NCBI GenBank assembly: GCA_033442325.1
Contig: JAWQFM010000030.1
Span: 52,802-82,685, forward strand
Origin: Salpingoeca rosetta
Taxonomy: Eukaryota; Protista; Choanoflagellata
Direction: 5' to 3'
Length of the DNA: 29,884 nt
The first letter of the stretch is position 1. Each line of letters starts with the position of its first letter. The notes under the pieces are model-generated. The model did not search any database. It was not told the origin of the DNA and saw only the letters and a list, made by a program, of their open reading frames with translations. Shown here piece by piece: positions 23,424 through 29,884 of the stretch. Both the position numbers and the translations under genes were made by a program.

Positions 23424-24627
23424 ACCGATTAAGCAATTGGTCGGAATTTCCATTAACGAAGAAACAAATTTTACCACATACCCAACCCACCGGCGTGTAC
23501 GTAGACTGCGGTTTTACACCGTTAACTGATAGGACTGACTGTGGTGGAGTCAGAATCACGTCAGGCCACGTACGGAAAAGTCTGCTCTTGCTACCGTGGA
23601 ACACTGGTGGGGACACACAATCTTTACGGTGGCTTACCAAAGGATGAGATGAAGCACAACGCGACCCTCAAGACATTCGAGTGAGTGAAGACATGCACGT
23701 GCGTCGGAGTCACTTGGTTTGAGCGTGTGATCATGAGCTTTGTGTGTGGTTTGCTGTGCAGCAAGTTCAACGGCTGTTCGCTACCCGAATGTAGTTATCA
23801 CCACTCATCACTCCTCACCACTACGTACGCTGTCATCAACCGCTCACTCCCAGCCTGGGGAGCAACGGCATTTGTGACCAGGGTGCTGTGGCGTTAGCGG
23901 AGATGCTAAAGCACAACACAGCCATCACACGACTCGTGTAAGAGCCGGCACGCACATGTATTGAAGGACATGGAGCGTGTGCGTGTTTGGTTTTTGATGC
24001 ACAGGCTCAACGGATGCTTGTCACTCACCGTGTGTCCGTCACTCATCACCCCTCAACCCCACGTACGCTACCATCAACTTCCACTCCTCCCATCTTATCT
24101 CTTGTGTGCACAGCCTGCGTGACAACTCCATCGGCCCTGAAGGCGCCGTAGCGTTGGCGGAGATGCTGAAGCACAACACAACCATCACAGTACTTTTGTG
24201 AGTGTGAGCGCACACGTGCATTGAAAGACACTTGCTTTGAACATATGCTTGTGTGTGCTTGTATGGTTTTGTGTGTGCAGGTTCAACGGCTGTTTGCCAC
24301 CCACTGTGCCCGTCACCCACTCATCACTCATCACCACCGCGTATGCTGTCATCCACCTCCTCCTCTCTCGTGTGTGTGTGTACAGCCTGGATAGCAACTC
24401 CATCGGCGACGAGGGCGCCATGGCGTTGGCGGAGGTGCTGAAGCACAGCACGCCCCTTAAAGGACTTTAGTAAGTGTGGGCATGTACATGCATTGCGAGA
24501 CATTCGCTTGGAGCATGCGTGCGTGTGTGTTCCTGTGTGCAGACTCAACGACTGTTCACCACCTACTGTGCCCGTCACCCACTCATCCCTCCTCATCACC
24601 GGGTATGTCATCAACCACTCGCTCCTA

Positions 24628-24698
<71 letters not shown>

Positions 24699-27102
24699 CC
24701 CCTCTCCCTCTCTCTTCTCTTGTGTGCACAGCCTGGGCGACAATGGCATCGGTGACCAGGGTGCTGTGGCACTGATGGAGATGCTGAAGCACAACACGAC
24801 CCTCGAAGAGCTGTTGTGAGAGTTTCATTCAAGGCGCCCACTCTGAGCGTGTGCTTGTTTAGTTGCGTTTGCTTTTGTTGTGCAGGAGGCTCAACGGCTG
24901 TTTGCCACCGTGTGCTCGTCATTCACTCATCACTCCTCACCACCGTGTATGCTCTCGTCGACCTCCCACTCCTCTCTGTCTCTCTCACACACTCCCTCAC
25001 ACATGCACACACTCACTCTCCCCCCCCACACACACACACTCTCTCTCTTGTGTGTCCACAGCCTGTACCGCAACTCCATCTACGATGAGGGTGCCGTGGC
25101 GCTGGCGGAGATGCTGAAGCACAACACAACCCTCACATATCTCGAGTGAGTCAGACATGCACATGCATTGAAGGCGCCAGCTTTGAGCGTGTGCTTGTTT
25201 GGTTGTGTTTGGTTTCGTGTGCAGCAGGCTCAACGGCTGTTTGCCGCTCACCATTTGCTCGTCACCCACTCATCACTCATCACCACCGCGTGTGCTGTCA
25301 TTCACCTCCTTCTCTCTCTTGTATGTGCGCAGCCTGGGTGGCAATTCCATCAGCGATGAGGGTGTTGTGGCGTTGGTGGAGATGAAGCACAACGCGACCC
25401 TCAAGACATTCGAGTGAGTGAAGACATGCACGTGCGTCGGAGTCACTTGGTTTGAGCGTGTGATCATGAGCTTTGTGTGTGGTTTGCTGTGCAGCAAGTT
25501 CAACGGCTGTTCGCTACCCGAATGTAGTTATCACCACTCATCACTCCTCACCACTACGTACGCTGTCATCAACCGCTCACTCCCAGCCTGGGGAGCAACG
25601 GCATTTGTGACCAGGGTGCTGTGGCGTTAGCGGAGATGCTAAAGCACAACACAGCCATCACACGACTCGTGTAAGAGCCGGCACGCACATGTATTGAAGG
25701 ACATGGAGCGTGTGCGTGTTTGGTTTTTGATGCACAGGCTCAACGGATGCTTGTCACTCACCGTGTGTCCGTCACTCATCACCCCTCAACCCCACGTACG
25801 CTACCATCAACTTNNNNNNNNNNNNNNNNNNNNNNNNNNNNNNNNNNNNNNNNNNNNNNNNNNNNNNNNNNNNNNNNNNNNNNNNNNNNNNNNNNNNNNN
25901 NNNNNNNNNNNNNNNNNNNNNNNNNNNNNNNNNNNNNNNNNNNNNNNNNNNNNNNNNNNNNNNNNNNNNNNNNNNNNNNNNNNNNNNNNNNNNNNNNNNN
26001 NNNNNNNNNNNNNNNNNNNNNNNNNNNNNNNNNNNNNNNNNNNNNNNNNNNNNNNNNNNNNNNNNNNNNNNNNNNNNNNNNNNNNNNNNNNNNNNNNNNN
26101 NNNNNNNNNNNNNNNNNNNNNNNNNNNNNNNNNNNNNNNNNNNNNNNNNNNNNNNNNNNNNNNNNNNNNNNNNNNNNNNNNNNNNNNNNNNNNNNNNNNN
26201 NNNNNNNNNNNNNNNNNNNNNNNNNNNNNNNNNNNNNNNNNNNNNNNNNNNNNNNNNNNNNNNNNNNNNNNNNNNNNNNNNNNNNNNNNNNNNNNNNNNN
26301 NNNNNNNNNNNNNNNNNNNNNNNNNNNNNNNNNNNNNNNNNNNNNNNNNNNNNNNNNNNNNNNNNNNNNNNNNNNNNNNNNNNNNNNNNNNNNNNNNNNN
26401 NNNNNNNNNNNNNNNNNNNNNNNNNNNNNNNNNNNNNNNNNNNNNNNNNNNNNNNNNNNNNNNNNNNNNNNNNNNNNNNNNNNNNNNNNNNNNNNNNNNN
26501 NNNNNNNNNNNNNNNNNNNNNNNNNNNNNNNNNNNNNNNNNNNNNNNNNNNNNNNNNNNNNNNNNNNNNNNNNNNNNNNNNNNNNNNNNNNNNNNNNNNN
26601 NNNNNNNNNNNNNNNNNNNNNNNNNNNNNNNNNNNNNNNNNNNNNNNNNNNNNNNNNNNNNNNNNNNNNNNNNNNNNNNNNNNNNNNNNNNNNCAGCGGC
26701 AGCAGGAAGCCGACAAGGCAGAGAAAGCAGCAGCTGCCAAACTGAAGCAAAGACAGTTGCAGAATGCAAAGGAGACACAGCCACGGCCATCATCCAAGAA
26801 GCCACCACCGACCGTCCCCAAACCCACCAAGGCATCTCATGACTCAGCATCTGCGCCCACGAAGCAGGCCACCCTAAACCCTTCCAGCCAAAGTGATTCT
26901 GCTGCCGGCAATTACAACAACACCGCCACCGCCACGACCGGCATGTCTGCGGAGGAGATGGAGAAGGCGATCAAAGAATTCAACGTGGACGCCGTCATGG
27001 GCGAGGGCAAAGCGCGTGTCACGTTCAAGGTGTTTGACCTGGGCGGTCAGTCCACCTTCTACATCTTCCACCCTTTCTTCCTCACCAAGTGAGTAGGATG
27101 CA

Positions 27103-27146
<44 letters not shown>

Positions 27147-27159
27147 CTTGCGTGCGTGT

Positions 27160-27206
<47 letters not shown>

Positions 27207-28694
27207 ATCACCGCTCCCCTCAACAACCCCACTTCCGCTCACCCTCCCCTCCTTACCCCCATCTTCACCCACCCGCAAACAGGTACGCGGTGTACCTGCT
27301 GGTGTTCTCAATGGAGGACCTGTTGCACCAAGACAAGAGCAAGCGGGCTGAATCGTGGGAGTTTATGGAGCACTGGCTCTCCGCCCTCCACCTCCACGCC
27401 AAGGGCGCACCCGTCCTCATCGTCGGCACCTTCGCTGACAAGATCAACGAGAGGAAGCAGCATGAGCAGATATCACGCGACATCTACAGCCGCCTGCGCC
27501 ACAACCCGGCCTTCCCTGGCGTCGTCCACAACGACAAGCATGGTCTGTGGTTCTGGCCCGTCGACAACACCAAGTCCATCAATGACCCCATGATTCAGGA
27601 CTTGCGCCAGTCCATCTCCTCCACAGCCTTAGCGCAGGAGTACGTGAGCCAGGAGGTGGCTGTGCCATACCTCCATCTCTACGACAAACTGATGGCACTG
27701 AGCAAGGACGACAAACGGCCGCTGCTCACCTTTGATGAGGTGGTGGATATTGGACGCACGTGTGGGCTGCGCACACGTGAGGAGACGAGGGCCTGCCTGC
27801 AGTTCCTGCACCTGTACTCCATGGTGTTGTACTACGACAGCGTGCCTGGCATGGAAGATTATGTGATCCTGAGCCCGCAGTGGGCGGTGGACACGATGAC
27901 GCGCGTCATCCGAAACTTTGATCTGCATCACGACGTGCGTGATGGTGCGGCAAGGGCCATTGGCGCGCAGCTGTGGGACGACCTGGTTGACCGCGGTATC
28001 CTGCACCGCCGTCTACTTGATGTGCTGTGGAGGGGCTTGGAAGGTGGCATGGTTGAGCCCTTTCTCCAACTCATGATGGAGTACGGGTTGTGTATCCAGT
28101 ACACGGCGCCAATGGTGCTGCTGCCCGGTCCTCAACAGCAACAACAACACCACCAACAGTACCTCGTCCCAGCCATCCTGCCGATGACGCTGGAGGACGA
28201 ACAGGCGTCCTCGTCGGTGACTCTGAGCACGGCAGCAGCACAGCAAGCAAATCCGTATGTTGGATATGAGGAGAAGACAGCCTACGTCGCCTTCAGCCTG
28301 AGGGAGTTCAAGAGGGGTGTAAGCGCCAAGATTGCAGACACGCAGCAAGCCTCCTTCCTGCCAGAGGGCCTGTTCCCGATGGTTCTGGCACGCGTGATGG
28401 CACACATGCAGCACGGTGCAACGGAACCGCCCATGTTGAGCCGCACAGACGCCGTGATCTTCATGGATGCTGCTGAGATCGAGATGCAGCTCGTGCCGGC
28501 TGTTGGCGGCATCAAGATCAAGGTCATGACTGCACGTCCTCGCACGCTGCTGCACATGCTGTACGACACCATCACTACAGCTGTCATGCAGCGCTACCCC
28601 GAGCTCAAGGCCACGTTGCTGCTGCCATTCAATGACACGAGACTGCTGTTCTTCGAGGACGTGCACACCCACCACACGAACAAGAAAGCGCTTC
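22226..28694 (+). CDS. Roco-family protein B, paralog of A with an expanded LRR array; incomplete because of assembly gaps
   Basis: Exon 1 at 22226-22350 (125 nt, [20 protein letters not shown]...[10 protein letters not shown]) matches A exon 1. LRR exons lie at 22611-25670. After the gap, the ROC exon (26694-27088, [19 protein letters not shown]) and the ROC-COR exon (27283-28694+) are colinear with A. Linking the two halves across the gap is an inference. Confidence 0.75.
22611..25813 (+). repeat. LRR exon-cassette array of Roco B with a ~1733-bp six-exon higher-order repeat
   Basis: Exons: 22611-22694 (cap), A 22833-22916, B 23105-23188, partial E ~23646-23680, F 23854-23937, A' 24114-24197, B' 24386-24469, C 24732-24815, D 25062-25145, E' 25333-25413 (81 nt), F' 25587-25670. 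A/A' and B/B' are offset by 1281 bp and F/F' by 1733 bp. The copies look identical, introns included. Confidence 0.9.
23350..23420. repeat. (CT)n microsatellite in the LRR-B intron
   Basis: Direct reading; homologous tracts at ~24631-24720 and ~29474-29617 differ in length. Confidence 0.95.
25814..26693. other. Assembly gap (880 N)
   Basis: Run of N. Confidence 1.
27106..27202. repeat. Intronic (GT)n microsatellite
   Basis: Direct reading; the homologous intron in gene A has a shorter GT-rich tract at ~4240-4290. Confidence 0.95.
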
Positions 28695-29113
28695 NNNNNN
28701 NNNNNNNNNNNNNNNNNNNNNNNNNNNNNNNNNNNNNNNNNNNNNNNNNNNNNNNNNNNNNNNNNNNNNNNNNNNNNNNNNNNNNNNNNNNNNNNNNNNN
28801 NNNNNNNNNNNNNNNNNNNNNNNNNNNNNNNNNNNNNNNNNNNNNNNNNNNNNNNNNNNNNNNNNNNNNNNNNNNNNNNNNNNNNNNNNNNNNNNNNNNN
28901 NNNNNNNNNNNNNNNNNNNNNNNNNNNNNNNNNNNNNNNNNNNNNNNNNNNNNNNNNNNNNNNNNNNNNNNNNNNNNNNNNNNNNNNNNNNNNNNNNNNN
29001 NNNNNNNNNNNNNNNNNNNNNNNNNNNNNNNNNNNNNNNNNNNNNNNNNNNNNNNNNNNNNNNNNNNNNNNNNNNNNNNNNNNNNNNNNNNNNNNNNNNN
29101 NNNNNNNNNNNNN
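28695..29113. other. Assembly gap (419 N)
   Basis: Run of N. Confidence 1.
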
Positions 29114-29600
<487 letters not shown>

Positions 29601-29884
29601 CTCTCTCTCTCTCTCTCCCGGTCTCTAAACAAGCAGTCACACACTCTCGATGGCACTGGCACGAGCTGGGGGACACATATGCTTTGATAGAGTTGATATA
29701 CCTATTTAAATCGCGGCTACCAGGAGGAAGAAATACGAGGACACGAGCTGTGTGTTATTCCCTGGTTATAATTAACTTGATTATTTAGTTCAGTGGGGAA
29801 ATTGGTGTGGGAAAGTAAACTGTGGTTTTTGTTGTCGTTTTTTTTTTTTTTTGTTTTTTTTTTTTTTTTTTTTTGTGTTGATGT

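Noticed and set aside
22833-25670. Regularly spaced conserved repeats resembling a CRISPR-like array
   Set aside because: The repeats are protein-coding LRR exons bounded by AG/GT, and the spacers are homologous introns of 170-260 bp rather than unique spacers. No cas genes are present.
29618-29884. AT-rich tail with poly-T as a retroelement end
   Set aside because: It follows a long (CT)n tract at the window edge and has no ORF or visible target-site duplication. It is most likely low-quality read sequence.

Overview
Intron-rich eukaryotic DNA with GT-AG introns full of (CA)/(GT)/(CT) microsatellites. It is most likely a choanoflagellate such as Salpingoeca; this is inferred from gene style, not from a search. 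The window holds four main units. (1) Roco-type gene A (520-7411, +) with the order N-cap, RI-type LRRs, ankyrin, ROC GTPase, COR, TIR, SAM; its TIR exon is disrupted by a foreign segment and small frameshifts. (2) An intronless 736-aa gene on the minus strand (7930-10140), possibly a divergent F-box/LRR-like protein. (3) Head-to-head with it, a large secreted or surface protein gene (10404 to ~19380, +) with a signal peptide, a dermatopontin-like domain containing a Tyr-rich micro-exon, many TNFR/furin-like Cys repeats and a SEA-like domain; its 3' half is frameshifted. (4) Paralogous Roco gene B (22226 to >28694, +), whose LRR region is expanded into an array of 84-nt phase-2 exon cassettes arranged as a near-identical six-exon higher-order repeat of ~1.73 kb. 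The most interesting candidate system is a diversifying immune-like receptor family: interchangeable LRR cassettes with hypervariable beta-strand residues coupled to ROC-COR and a TIR-SAM output. Two N gaps and several junk-like junctions limit certainty, so some of the structure may be assembly artefact. All exon models were derived by hand.
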